This document shows, in pieces, positions 18,391 to 27,385 of a DNA stretch of 64,000 nucleotides. How positions within the stretch are numbered: position 1 is the first letter of the stretch; every line of letters begins with the position of its first letter. A program made the translations under genes and the position numbers. Below the pieces are notes generated by a model that was given only the letters and a program-made list of their open reading frames with translations, searched no databases and was not told where the DNA came from. The stretch lies in sequence record LR756504.1; one strand, written 5' to 3'.

Positions 18391-18742
18391 ATGGTTGTGG
18401 TATAATAGAACATATGTACTTTGTCATTATGATAATTTATATAGAGAAGTTTATGTAGAAGTAACACCATGTTACTCAAATCCAAATGCTGAGTATAGCA
18501 CATTATATTTCATGGGTAAAAAATATGAATTTGAATGTTATAATGATGCTATAGCTAAAGGTGAAGAGTTATTTATAATAAAGACAAAAAGAAATAGTAG
18601 AATAAAAAAAATAAATTCTATTAATAAAGAAGAAACTTCTTTGGATATAATTAAAAATAGCCTACCATTAAGTAAAAATATGATATTAATAATTTCTGGA
18701 CTTTTAATAGGGTATTTTGTAGGATATATCATATTAAATTAA
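18374..18742 (+). CDS. Hypothetical protein with RNSRIKKI motif and C-terminal TM helix
   Basis: 122-aa ORF. Confidence 0.7.
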   Translation: MEKEYKWLWYNRTYVLCHYDNLYREVYVEVTPCYSNPNAEYSTLYFMGKKYEFECYNDAIAKGEELFIIKTKRNSRIKKINSINKEETSLDIIKNSLPLSKNMILIISGLLIGYFVGYIILN

Positions 18743-18745
18743 TTT

Positions 18746-19003
18746 ATGAATAGAAAACTTATATCTAATAATATAATTAATTCGGAACTATTCGATGATA
18801 TGACTTGGGATGGAATTGATTGTGATGAATTCTGTAGTTGTAATTGTTGTGTTTACTGTATCAATGATAGAATATCATATGAAGCATTTATATATGATGA
18901 TTGGTTGGATTCAAATTTAAGAAAAAGAAAAATATCTTGGTTTATTGGCGAACCAAACACATTAGAAAATATTTCTAAAATGAAAAATGATGAAAGAGAA
19001 TGA
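18746..19003 (+). CDS. Cys-rich hypothetical protein
   Basis: CDEFCSCNCCVYC cluster; RKRKISWF near C-terminus. Confidence 0.7.
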   Translation: MNRKLISNNIINSELFDDMTWDGIDCDEFCSCNCCVYCINDRISYEAFIYDDWLDSNLRKRKISWFIGEPNTLENISKMKNDERE

Positions 19004-19241
19004 AATTATTTTTTACAAAAGCGGTGATAAAACGTATCTATCGGTTGAAGTTAAATACCAAATATATAGATTAAGGCAGAGTATTGAATATTGGGTGATT
19101 GGTTTGCCTAAAAATAATAAAAAATTAATTAAAACTGATAAAGGAAATCTTTTAGCATATAAAAGCTTAATTGATATAGAAAAAGATTTTGAAACTATAC
19201 ATCAAAGACGTAAAAGAATATCTGATGATTTAATACAATAA
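18987..19241 (+). CDS. Hypothetical protein with C-terminal RRKRISD motif
   Basis: 84-aa ORF ending at a terminator. Confidence 0.7.
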   Translation: MMKENEIIFYKSGDKTYLSVEVKYQIYRLRQSIEYWVIGLPKNNKKLIKTDKGNLLAYKSLIDIEKDFETIHQRRKRISDDLIQ

Positions 19242-19264
19242 AGGGACTCAATTGAGTCCCTTTA
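19239..19264. terminator. Bidirectional terminator (perfect palindrome)
   Basis: taaagggactcaa|ttgagtcccttta. Confidence 0.9.
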
Positions 19265-19265
19265 T

Positions 19266-19538
19266 TTATTTTAAAATATCAACTGATATACAATGTGTAC
19301 TGTCCGATAAATTAGTTTTTAACATAAATGTAAATTTATAAACATCATAATCCGTTTCAAACTTTACTACATTCACATCATACCTTTCAAATAGAATTTT
19401 ATTTAAGTTTGAAATTCTAGACGGAACAATGAAAGTACTTTTTAAAAATTCTTTTACAGATTTAATAAGTTCAATTTCTTGATATTTTTTATCATGCATT
19501 CTTTGAACGGTTTCGCAAGTAGTTTTTTTACTGTCCAT
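19266..19538 (-). CDS. Hypothetical protein
   Basis: 90-aa ORF in a minus-strand operon. Confidence 0.7.
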   Translation of the reverse strand: MDSKKTTCETVQRMHDKKYQEIELIKSVKEFLKSTFIVPSRISNLNKILFERYDVNVVKFETDYDVYKFTFMLKTNLSDSTHCISVDILK

Positions 19539-19540
19539 AA

Positions 19541-20083
19541 TTATTCGATTATTTTTGATACTTTAATAAATTTTCTTTTTTCATTATCGAAAGAATATCC
19601 TCTTAATAAATCTTTCATACCTCTGTATTCATCATCGTAACCAGAGTTGTATGAAATTCTATTATCCCACCAATAATATCTAAATCCTTCTATTTCTACA
19701 AACTCTCGCCATCCCAATTTATCAAACTCTACTAGACGAGAGTTAAAACTTCTTGATGATGTTGAAATTGATACTCTAATAGGTCTAATATCAATTCTAA
19801 CAACTTTAACCCAAGGTGCTGATAGATTAGGACCTGGTTTATCATCTAACCACAATTCACCTGTTATTTCATTTCTAATAATTCCTATTTGGTGAGAATC
19901 TGTATAATGAAAGCATGTTGCCCAAAAAAGTAATAAAAAACTAATTGAGCCAATTGTAATTTTTATTTTCTTTGTTAGTCGTATTCTAAACTTTAAATAG
20001 AATTCTTTAATATCCTTTATTGTATATTTTTTTACAATAAATAAATAATAAAGTAAACCGATTATAATAAGTATGTAAATCAT
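19541..20083 (-). CDS. Membrane protein with SPFH/band-7-like N-terminal domain, paralog of 20080..20607
   Basis: TM helix then HYTDSHQIGI...WVKVVRIDIRPIRV. Confidence 0.55.
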   Translation of the reverse strand: MIYILIIIGLLYYLFIVKKYTIKDIKEFYLKFRIRLTKKIKITIGSISFLLLFWATCFHYTDSHQIGIIRNEITGELWLDDKPGPNLSAPWVKVVRIDIRPIRVSISTSSRSFNSRLVEFDKLGWREFVEIEGFRYYWWDNRISYNSGYDDEYRGMKDLLRGYSFDNEKRKFIKVSKIIE

Positions 20084-20607
20084 TTTACTAAGATTTCTGT
20101 TTTAATGGTATCTGCTTTGAAAACTTTATCCGAATTGTTTTCCATAGTACCTTTTTCATCAGGTTTCAATTCTTTCGTAATAGATAAGAATGGATACTGA
20201 CTTAAATCTGAACCATCGTAAGCATATGATAATAAAATATCTTTTAAATTAGTTACAGTGTTGTAATCACCTCTACCATGCCAATCAATAAATGTTTTAA
20301 AGCCAGTTGGATTAAATCGAACTAATTTACAGTTAAGAATTCTTGAGTTAGCATTAATACAAACTTGTACAGGACGTAAATCAATCGTATGAACCGATAC
20401 AACAATAGGTGGTGTAATCACATAACCTGTTTTGATTTTGCCTTTTTCGGTAAGAATAGGTGTGATTTCACCTGAGCGTTTATCATATTTATATCCGAAT
20501 TCGTGGCTATCAATAAATGTTACCCAACCAATTCTAAAAATTATTAAGCCGACTATAGAAACTGCAACTAGTATCATTGAAATAATTGCCAAAGGTTTTA
20601 AATTCAT
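20080..20607 (-). CDS. Membrane protein with SPFH/band-7-like N-terminal domain
   Basis: TM helix then TFIDSHEFGY...VVSVHTIDLRPVQV; CTTG-20 nt-TATATTTG promoter at 20637-20668. Confidence 0.55.
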   Translation of the reverse strand: MNLKPLAIISMILVAVSIVGLIIFRIGWVTFIDSHEFGYKYDKRSGEITPILTEKGKIKTGYVITPPIVVSVHTIDLRPVQVCINANSRILNCKLVRFNPTGFKTFIDWHGRGDYNTVTNLKDILLSYAYDGSDLSQYPFLSITKELKPDEKGTMENNSDKVFKADTIKTEILVK

Positions 20608-20671
20608 ATTTTATGTGTGTTAATTTAAATTATAAACAAATATATAAAAAATATTTAGTAAAAACAAGAAT

Positions 20672-20974
20672 TTAGAGTAATTTATCTATTTTTTCTTTTC
20701 TAATTTGAGATTTAGTTTTAAATTGAGTTTCTTTATATGGTGTTCCACCCCAGAAAATTGTTACAAATAAAAATTGTATATCATGATGGTAACCATCGTA
20801 ATAAGCACTATATCTTTCAAATTTATGCAATTTGAACTCAAATACAATAGATAAATAATCTATGCAATACCATTTATTGTTAAAAATATATGATTGTGCT
20901 AACCAATGTGTATGCCCACCATATTTTTTATATCTTCTATTAAATACATCTATACCATGTTTAAAAAATTTCAT
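20672..20974 (-). CDS. Hypothetical protein with C-terminal RKEKIDKL tag
   Basis: ATGA-coupled. Confidence 0.75.
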   Translation of the reverse strand: MKFFKHGIDVFNRRYKKYGGHTHWLAQSYIFNNKWYCIDYLSIVFEFKLHKFERYSAYYDGYHHDIQFLFVTIFWGGTPYKETQFKTKSQIRKEKIDKLL

Positions 20975-21654
20975 ACTTTACATTCATTTAAGAAATAATC
21001 AATCAATGCTCTTTTTTCCCATTTTTTATAAGTATTAATATTTAGATGCTCCGCAACCAAAGAAAGAAATAAAATTTTCTTTCTTTCTGATACATCTAAA
21101 ATAGTTTCTTCTATAAATAAGTAATAAATACAACCAAAAAGATAATATTCCATATCACTTATTACATCTATACCAGCCGTATAGTAATTAACGTATGATG
21201 GCTTCTTCTTACTTTCACATACATAATTTAATATGTATTTAGCATAATTATAACTACTCGATTCTCTTACTTTTTTCCATTTAGCTAAATTTTCTTTATT
21301 ATCTTCAATAAATCCTGTTTTTGTATTCATTGTTGATTTACCCTTTAATCTATGCAAAATATCCCATCTATCATTATTAAAATATGTATTAGATAAATCA
21401 GTTTCTATAAAAATATCAAGTAATTTTTTAATTCTTTTTGTCGAATTTTTAATTATAATTTCTACACCACCATAGATATTTTGTTGAGAAGAACAAATAT
21501 CAATCATTCTAACAGAAATAATATAATTTTCAAACAAGCTCATTTTTAAAAACATCTCACTATCAAAATAAAGTAGTCCTATACCTTTAAATGAATTATT
21601 TGAGATTATATCATACAACTTTACAAACTCTTTGCTACGAGGAATACTTTTCAT
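20971..21654 (-). CDS. Hypothetical protein
   Basis: 227-aa ORF, ATGA-coupled on both sides. Confidence 0.8.
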   Translation of the reverse strand: MKSIPRSKEFVKLYDIISNNSFKGIGLLYFDSEMFLKMSLFENYIISVRMIDICSSQQNIYGGVEIIIKNSTKRIKKLLDIFIETDLSNTYFNNDRWDILHRLKGKSTMNTKTGFIEDNKENLAKWKKVRESSSYNYAKYILNYVCESKKKPSYVNYYTAGIDVISDMEYYLFGCIYYLFIEETILDVSERKKILFLSLVAEHLNINTYKKWEKRALIDYFLNECKV

Positions 21655-21938
21655 GACATACTAGCAATTTTTTCAAGCAACAATCTAAAATTAAGAAGAA
21701 AGTTTTTTACACTTTTATAAGAAGAGCAACAATCTATTTTATCAATTAAATGTGTTAAAAATATAATCTGTTCTTCTTCAGGCTTAGATTTAACTTCATT
21801 TAACAGCATTGATAATTGACTATTATTTAAATCTAATATTAACTTAGCATTATCTAAAATTTTAGGCATATATTCCACACGTATATCTCTCCTCTTATTT
21901 ATGACTATAGTTAAGTCATTATCAAAACAGTCATTCAT
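21651..21938 (-). CDS. Hypothetical protein
   Basis: 95-aa ORF. Confidence 0.7.
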   Translation of the reverse strand: MNDCFDNDLTIVINKRRDIRVEYMPKILDNAKLILDLNNSQLSMLLNEVKSKPEEEQIIFLTHLIDKIDCCSSYKSVKNFLLNFRLLLEKIASMS

Positions 21939-22058
21939 AGTTTATTATTTTTATATTCTATAAATGTAGATAAAACTTCACACATCTCCAAATAAAATAA
22001 ATCATTTTTTAAATATAATCGTTAATAGTAATGTTAGATTGTGTAGTTCGATGTATAT

Positions 22059-22472
22059 ATGAATAGAATTATGGATTTATTGATTAATATAATAAGAGGT
22101 TTTAACAGTTTTATTTCTCCACAAAAGAAATCAAATCGTTATAATACCCCATTAAATGCTAATAATATTGTATGGTCTGTTGTACCACAATTTATTTTTA
22201 ATATTAAAGAAAATAGGATAATTACAAGTTTTAATGATCCGCTATGGCTTGATAAAGATAATAATATCAAAAATGAAGTCATTACTTATAGAGTTGATGA
22301 TTCTAATAGAGAAGAATTAATAAAAAAAATAAATCGTTCAAAATTTACAATTGTATATAAATTTGAGGAAACTGAATGGAAAATGCTTTTATTAGAAGAT
22401 TTTACGAACCATCCTAAATACAATTCTGAAAAAAGAAGATTTTTAATTGCAAATTTTATTGAGTTGACATAA
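22059..22472 (+). CDS. Hypothetical protein
   Basis: 137-aa ORF. Confidence 0.7.
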   Translation: MNRIMDLLINIIRGFNSFISPQKKSNRYNTPLNANNIVWSVVPQFIFNIKENRIITSFNDPLWLDKDNNIKNEVITYRVDDSNREELIKKINRSKFTIVYKFEETEWKMLLLEDFTNHPKYNSEKRRFLIANFIELT

Positions 22473-22521
22473 CATTTTTCATTTTTATACGTTTAAAAGA
22501 TATAACTTAAATAATAATATT

Positions 22522-22737
22522 ATGAATGTGTTAGATGTATTAGGTATCAATAAGTATAAAGGATTACTTAACAAATTAAAAGAAGCTCGTATTTATAAAG
22601 AGGATGGTGTATTGAAAGCTCATGTAAAAATGAATGATGATACTGAGTTCACATCACCTTTAACAAATTATAAAGCAATTGTAGATGCAATTGCTAGAAG
22701 TAAAGATGTTGATACTGAAGTTAAAGCTAAAAAATAA
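22522..22737 (+). CDS. Hypothetical protein (possibly frameshifted at A6 22729-22734)
   Basis: 71-aa ORF; the +1 frame continues open. Confidence 0.65.
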   Translation: MNVLDVLGINKYKGLLNKLKEARIYKEDGVLKAHVKMNDDTEFTSPLTNYKAIVDAIARSKDVDTEVKAKK

Positions 22738-22861
22738 CATAAAGCACGTGTTAAACTTAAAAGAACTTGAATCTAAATTAGATACAGCATTATCTAAAGA
22801 GACTTCCGAAAGTTTAATATCTTGGTTAAGAATAAAACGACAAAACAAAACTAAAAAATAT

Positions 22862-23011
22862 ATGAAACTAACATTAACTAACATATTTATGGTACTCGCA
22901 CTTGTATTAGTGCTCGTACTTGTTTTTAAATTAGCATTATCATTCTTACCTTATCTATTAATTGGTGGTGTGATTTATTTTGTATATAAAGGTTTTAAAA
23001 ATAGGTTTTAA
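22862..23011 (+). CDS. Small membrane protein
   Basis: MKLTLTNIFMVLALVLVLVLVFKLALSFLPYLLIGGVIYFVYKGFKNRF. Confidence 0.65.
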   Translation: MKLTLTNIFMVLALVLVLVLVFKLALSFLPYLLIGGVIYFVYKGFKNRF

Positions 23012-23030
23012 AAATCATAAACAATCTTAT

Positions 23031-23128
23031 AAATGTTCGTATGCTAATGAGACACCTTACGCCTCCACTGCATACATTGACAGTTTCCTCACTCTATCCG
23101 AAAGCCCTCGAAGCAAACGGAATGTTTT
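23031..23128 (-). ncRNA. GC-enriched structured non-coding segment 3' of the tRNA
   Basis: Stems TCCG/CGGA, GTATGC/GCATAC, GAGGCG/TGTCTC; GAAA, GTAA and TTCG loop-like motifs. Confidence 0.35.
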
Positions 23129-23133
23129 AAAAG

Positions 23134-23207
23134 TGCTGTGGAGCAGATTTGAACCGCTCTATTCTACCATATCAGAGTAGTGTGTTAACCGAATACAACC
23201 ACACAGC
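23134..23207 (-). tRNA. Atypical tRNA-Ile(GAU), no encoded CCA
   Basis: Acceptor GCTGTG/CACAGC+A73, D-loop A14-G18G19, anticodon stem CTACT/GGTAG with loop CTGATAT, T-arm AGCGG-TTCAAAT-CTGCT; mismatches at 7:66 and 10:25, G at 8. Confidence 0.75.
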
Positions 23208-23232
23208 TTTAGGCGTCCAACCTAATTTCATT

Positions 23233-23258
23233 AAAAACCCTGTCAAGCAGGGTTTTTT
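23233..23258. terminator. Intrinsic terminator-like hairpin
   Basis: aaaaaccctg-tcaag-cagggtttttt. Confidence 0.8.
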
Positions 23259-23280
23259 CGTTTATAATATAAAATGTGAA

Positions 23281-23625
23281 TTAAATTTCGCCAATTATTT
23301 TATTTCTATATTCGGCTTTACTAATAACTGTGTTAGTTTTTTCTATGGCATTTTCCATTCTTTCAATACCAAATATTTGATATGCTCTTATATTAGTTAT
23401 TTTTTTAACTAATATTTTTTTTGTCTCTGTATAAAAATTATGATAGCTACTAAGACAAACAAAATTAGGACCAATATACATATAAAAATAATGTGGCGCA
23501 TCATCGAAAAAATCCTCTAATGATTTATGTGAATTTTCTTGAACATACTTCTTACCAAATATGCTATAAAATAGCCATTTTGGATGTCCATATAATTCAG
23601 TTTGTGGTTGCATTTTTCCCATCAA
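23281..23625 (-). CDS. Hypothetical protein
   Basis: 114-aa ORF, last gene of a minus-strand operon. Confidence 0.7.
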   Translation of the reverse strand: MMGKMQPQTELYGHPKWLFYSIFGKKYVQENSHKSLEDFFDDAPHYFYMYIGPNFVCLSSYHNFYTETKKILVKKITNIRAYQIFGIERMENAIEKTNTVISKAEYRNKIIGEI

Positions 23626-23932
23626 TTTTTTTCTTAATTAAATTTCTTATTTTTAACTCTTTTGATAAGTCTTTATTTTCTATTGCTCTCATTAAGAATC
23701 TAAACATAGAATAAAATGTATCAACACTTTCAATTTTAGCCATAGCATCCTCATATGCTTGTGCTGCAATTTTTCTACATTTATTTTCTTCTAAAACCAA
23801 ATGTTCTATATCTAAATCACCACCACCATTTAAGTACTTAGTAACATAAGATAGCAAAGAATTAGACTTTTCTGAATAATGCTCATTTATTTTAATTAAT
23901 TCTAATATTTCATTAATCTCTGACTGTTCCAT
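23597..23932 (-). CDS. Hypothetical helical protein
   Basis: 111-aa ORF. Confidence 0.7.
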   Translation of the reverse strand: MEQSEINEILELIKINEHYSEKSNSLLSYVTKYLNGGGDLDIEHLVLEENKCRKIAAQAYEDAMAKIESVDTFYSMFRFLMRAIENKDLSKELKIRNLIKKKIDGKNATTN

Positions 23933-24203
23933 AATCTAATATTCTATTTTTTAATTGCTCCGATCTTTCATAATCACCTCTTTCAATTGAATTGTATAAT
24001 TGATGAAATAGAAAATATGTTTCAATTAATATTATACTTTTAATTTCTATAATAAGCATAGATTGCTTTTTTTCTATATTCATTAAATGTTTTTCGTTAT
24101 TTTTATTTGATTCAATTTTCAAATCTGTAGCAATTTGTTTATATAAATTGAACACTTTTATTTTTTCTAAAACTTCGATAATTTCTTCGTTTGTTATTTT
24201 CAT
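23913..24203 (-). CDS. Hypothetical helical protein (UVR-like C-terminus)
   Basis: SIERGDYERSEQLKNRI; ATGA-coupled. Confidence 0.65.
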   Translation of the reverse strand: MKITNEEIIEVLEKIKVFNLYKQIATDLKIESNKNNEKHLMNIEKKQSMLIIEIKSIILIETYFLFHQLYNSIERGDYERSEQLKNRILDYGTVRD

Positions 24204-24622
24204 TGAATCTTATAGTTAAATTTACCATCAACATATTTAACTCTATACTCATCTTCACCAAATAAAACCGCAAATATTCCTTCATCACCTAATATTTCTT
24301 CACATTCTATTAATAAATCAGAACCATTTTCAATTTCTTCATTTTTAATTTTATCTAATAAATCTTTTGGAAAATTATTGGGTAATGAAATCACTTTTAA
24401 ATTGTATAATCCATTGACTATATAATCTTGTAAAGCGGGGATCAACATGTTAGCATTTAAAGAATTCCATTCCACTTGCTCATTTATTATATTTGGAAAT
24501 AATGTCAAATCTCCAATTTTTGATTGCTCTAATTCGGATACTAAAAATGGCATAGGTACTAAGACTAATTTGACTTTAAGCCAGAATTTATTATCAAAAC
24601 TATTGACTTTTTTAATTTTCAT
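24200..24622 (-). CDS. Hypothetical early protein
   Basis: CTTG-20 nt-TATATTTG promoter at 24645-24676. Confidence 0.75.
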   Translation of the reverse strand: MKIKKVNSFDNKFWLKVKLVLVPMPFLVSELEQSKIGDLTLFPNIINEQVEWNSLNANMLIPALQDYIVNGLYNLKVISLPNNFPKDLLDKIKNEEIENGSDLLIECEEILGDEGIFAVLFGEDEYRVKYVDGKFNYKIQ

Positions 24623-24698
24623 ATTAAACTTTTAATGAATCTATCAAATATACCAATAAATGTGCGAAATTACAAGAAAAATTAATAATATATAATCT

Positions 24699-25127
24699 AT
24701 GAAATATTTTAGAACATTTGAACTATTTGATTCTGATGAATTGAAAGCTCAACACGAGATAGAATTTATTAAAGGAGAAATTGATAAAAATGAAATAACT
24801 AAAGGTGGTATACAACTATCTGATGCTATAGCATTAAATAATGCCATTATAGCTGAAGTTCCAGTATTTGCTTATGGAAGTCCCAATGTTCAGAGTGATT
24901 TCATATCATATGAATTTAAACACGATGATATTAAATTTTTAATTGGTATTTCAACAGAAGCTAAGAACGTTGATAAATTTCCTACAGTTGTTAAAATTAT
25001 GGTTAATGATGTAGAAGATAAAGTGAAATCAAATGTATTCGATTTTACTGGTTTAATTGGACAATTATTAATTTTTCAAAGAGAATTTGAAGGAAATATT
25101 ACAAAAATTATTCCCCAAAATAATTAA
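24699..25127 (+). CDS. Putative virion-internal protein (CTS-like N-terminus)
   Basis: MKYFRTFELF; TAATATATA (24686-24694) 4 nt upstream. Confidence 0.6.
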   Translation: MKYFRTFELFDSDELKAQHEIEFIKGEIDKNEITKGGIQLSDAIALNNAIIAEVPVFAYGSPNVQSDFISYEFKHDDIKFLIGISTEAKNVDKFPTVVKIMVNDVEDKVKSNVFDFTGLIGQLLIFQREFEGNITKIIPQNN

Positions 25128-25145
25128 TAAAAAAGGGCTTTTTTA

Positions 25146-25394
25146 TTAATTTATTTTTTCAAATCTATCTTCAATTAAATTAATTGCTTGATTATCAGAT
25201 AAGTATAAAAGTTCTTCTATACTGATTCTTAAATCACTATTTTTTAAATCCATTTCTAATTGTTCTGATGCTATTTCATATGCATCTTCAAATGGATAAC
25301 CTTTTGGAAATAATGCTATATTTACTGTATCATGCTGTTTTTTTATTTGTTCTGCACGAATTTTAAGGTAAATTTGCTTATGTTTATCTTCCAT
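25146..25394 (-). CDS. Hypothetical early protein
   Basis: TTTG-20 nt-TAACTTTG-taat-ATG (25399-25430). Confidence 0.75.
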   Translation of the reverse strand: MEDKHKQIYLKIRAEQIKKQHDTVNIALFPKGYPFEDAYEIASEQLEMDLKNSDLRISIEELLYLSDNQAINLIEDRFEKIN

Positions 25395-25544
25395 ATTACA
25401 AAGTTAATGAAAATATTTATTTTTTCCAAATTGAAAGGAATATTTTTAGATATATAATTTTAACTATATGTTCTGAGCTTAAAAAGCTTTGGAGTTATTA
25501 CGGTAACTAAAGAATATGTAGCCTAAAAAATAAGTTTAAGGACT

Positions 25545-26510
25545 ATGAACAAAACACACAACCAAAGTGTGCAGACTAATCCAACTGCATACATCACAGT
25601 AAGAAAAGGTAGAGTTAAAATCTACGACAAAGAAAAACAACCATCAAAAATATACCTTCAAGGTGGTCAAGAATTTGAGGTAGAATTATTTAATCCCACA
25701 ACATCACATCAACTCGCAATTATTGAAATTAATGGTAAATTAATTTCTGATACTGGTATTGCATTAAAACCAGGTCAGCGTGTATATCTTGAAAGGTATT
25801 TAGATGTTGCTAAAAAATTTAAATTTGATACGTATGATGTTGAGTCAGGTAACGCTTCTGTCGAAAAAGCTATTGTACTTAATGGTAATATAAAAATTAA
25901 ATTTTATGCAGAAACGTTAAAAACAAATTTAAATGTGAGTAATGGTTCATTTGGGCGTTTTAATAAGAAAAGAGTTGATGAAAAATGGTCACCAGTAATT
26001 GACACGACAACTATAGCACCATTGAATCTAACAGGAACTATTACTATTCCAACAAATACAAATACAATTAGTTGGGATAGCATTAATTTTAATAGTGCTA
26101 CAACTAATATTAACTCTACATCTACTAACTATGATTGGACAAATAATTGTACATTCACAACAAACAGTACAATAAATGTAGATTCTAATTTATCAGATTT
26201 TAATTTAAATAGTACGATTGATTATTCGCCTGATAAAAAAAGTTTAGATATTGAATCTGAAAGTCCAACTAAAGAAGATGTAAAAATGAAAGAAACAGGA
26301 AGAGTTGAACAAGGTTCATCATCAAGCCAATCATTTGAATATATTGATATGGATTTCTCAACATTAGCTAATACTACAATAGAGTATCAAATACTACCTT
26401 TATCAGAAAAAATAGTAGAGGCTAAGGATTTAAAAAACTATTGTACAGAATGTGGTAGAGGATTAAAACCAGAGTTTAAATTTTGCCCATCATGTGGTAC
26501 AAAAAATTAA
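25545..26510 (+). CDS. Protein with Thr/Asn-rich linker and C-terminal zinc ribbon
   Basis: YCTECG...FCPSCG double CxxC. Confidence 0.8.
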   Translation: MNKTHNQSVQTNPTAYITVRKGRVKIYDKEKQPSKIYLQGGQEFEVELFNPTTSHQLAIIEINGKLISDTGIALKPGQRVYLERYLDVAKKFKFDTYDVESGNASVEKAIVLNGNIKIKFYAETLKTNLNVSNGSFGRFNKKRVDEKWSPVIDTTTIAPLNLTGTITIPTNTNTISWDSINFNSATTNINSTSTNYDWTNNCTFTTNSTINVDSNLSDFNLNSTIDYSPDKKSLDIESESPTKEDVKMKETGRVEQGSSSSQSFEYIDMDFSTLANTTIEYQILPLSEKIVEAKDLKNYCTECGRGLKPEFKFCPSCGTKN

Positions 26511-26513
26511 AGT

Positions 26514-26543
26514 AAAAGGCTTCTTAATAGAAGCCTTTTTTTT
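26514..26543. terminator. Bidirectional terminator
   Basis: aaaaggcttct-taat-agaagccttttttt. Confidence 0.9.
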
Positions 26544-26544
26544 A

Positions 26545-26889
26545 TTATCCAAATATAATTAATTTTCTTTCTTTAGACTTCAATTCTTTGTAGTTAAGCA
26601 TTAGATTTGCAACTTTAACAGTTTCATCAGCTAAACCATGTTCATCATTCTCATTGTATTTGATGGTTTTTAAATCATTCTTAAATTTAGAAAATAATGT
26701 ATGGTTTTTCTCAGTCATACCCATCCACAAAGATGCTTCATCCAAAGCAATTTTCATGTGTTCTTCGGTTCTTCCAAAATCTTTCTTTAAATACCACATA
26801 ACTACTGTTCTAGCACACTCGGCCAACACATTATTATTAACAAATAGTTTATCTAACCCATTCTTTGTAGGTTCGTAGAAAGTCTTCAT
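26545..26889 (-). CDS. Hypothetical protein (start revised to MKTFYEP)
   Basis: ATG at 26889 with A-rich context. Confidence 0.7.
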   Translation of the reverse strand: MKTFYEPTKNGLDKLFVNNNVLAECARTVVMWYLKKDFGRTEEHMKIALDEASLWMGMTEKNHTLFSKFKNDLKTIKYNENDEHGLADETVKVANLMLNYKELKSKERKLIIFG

Positions 26890-26965
26890 AAAGTTCTTAT
26901 TTAATATATCAATTATATATATTGAAAATTGAAATGTTTTAAAAATACACATTAATATTTTTTAT

Positions 26966-27385
26966 CTACATAATAGTGAATATTATTTCATATTTCTTTT
27001 TACTAATTCTTATAATTCCAAATTTTAAATTCCCCCATTCAGTTTTAAATCCTGTTTCAAAGAATGGTATTGTATTTAATTCAATTTTTTCAGACTTTAT
27101 TTGAACATTATTTATAAAGAGAGAACCACATTTTATCAATTCTCACATTTCTCTTTTTGATGACACTATTTCAACGCTTTCAAGAATTTCGAATAATTCT
27201 GGATAAATTGTAAATATACCATCATCGGTATAAATGTCTTCATCTATAATCCTTTTAGTGAATTCTAAAGAATTTAAATGTAAGTGTGATGCTATACACA
27301 AAAATTCATATTTTTCAATATCTCGTGGCTTATTGAAAAATATGAATAGTTCATTTATTGGTAATTTACAATCAAAATGATTCAT
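26966..27385 (-). pseudogene. Hypothetical protein interrupted by one in-frame TGA (27143-27145)
   Basis: MNHFDCK...SKREM*ELIKCGSLFINNVQIK...YEIIFTIM*; 58 further open codons fill the intergenic gap. Confidence 0.5.

Noticed and set aside
23031-23128. Hammerhead ribozyme, RNase P RNA, SRP RNA or c-di-GMP riboswitch
   Set aside because: Core motifs (CUGAnGA, GAGGAAAGUCC, SRP loop, GCAAAcc...GAAA order) are not present in the required arrangement
25128-25145. Terminator between 24699 and 25146
   Set aside because: Only an A/U stem with a single G-C pair and a too-small loop; position fits but structure is weak
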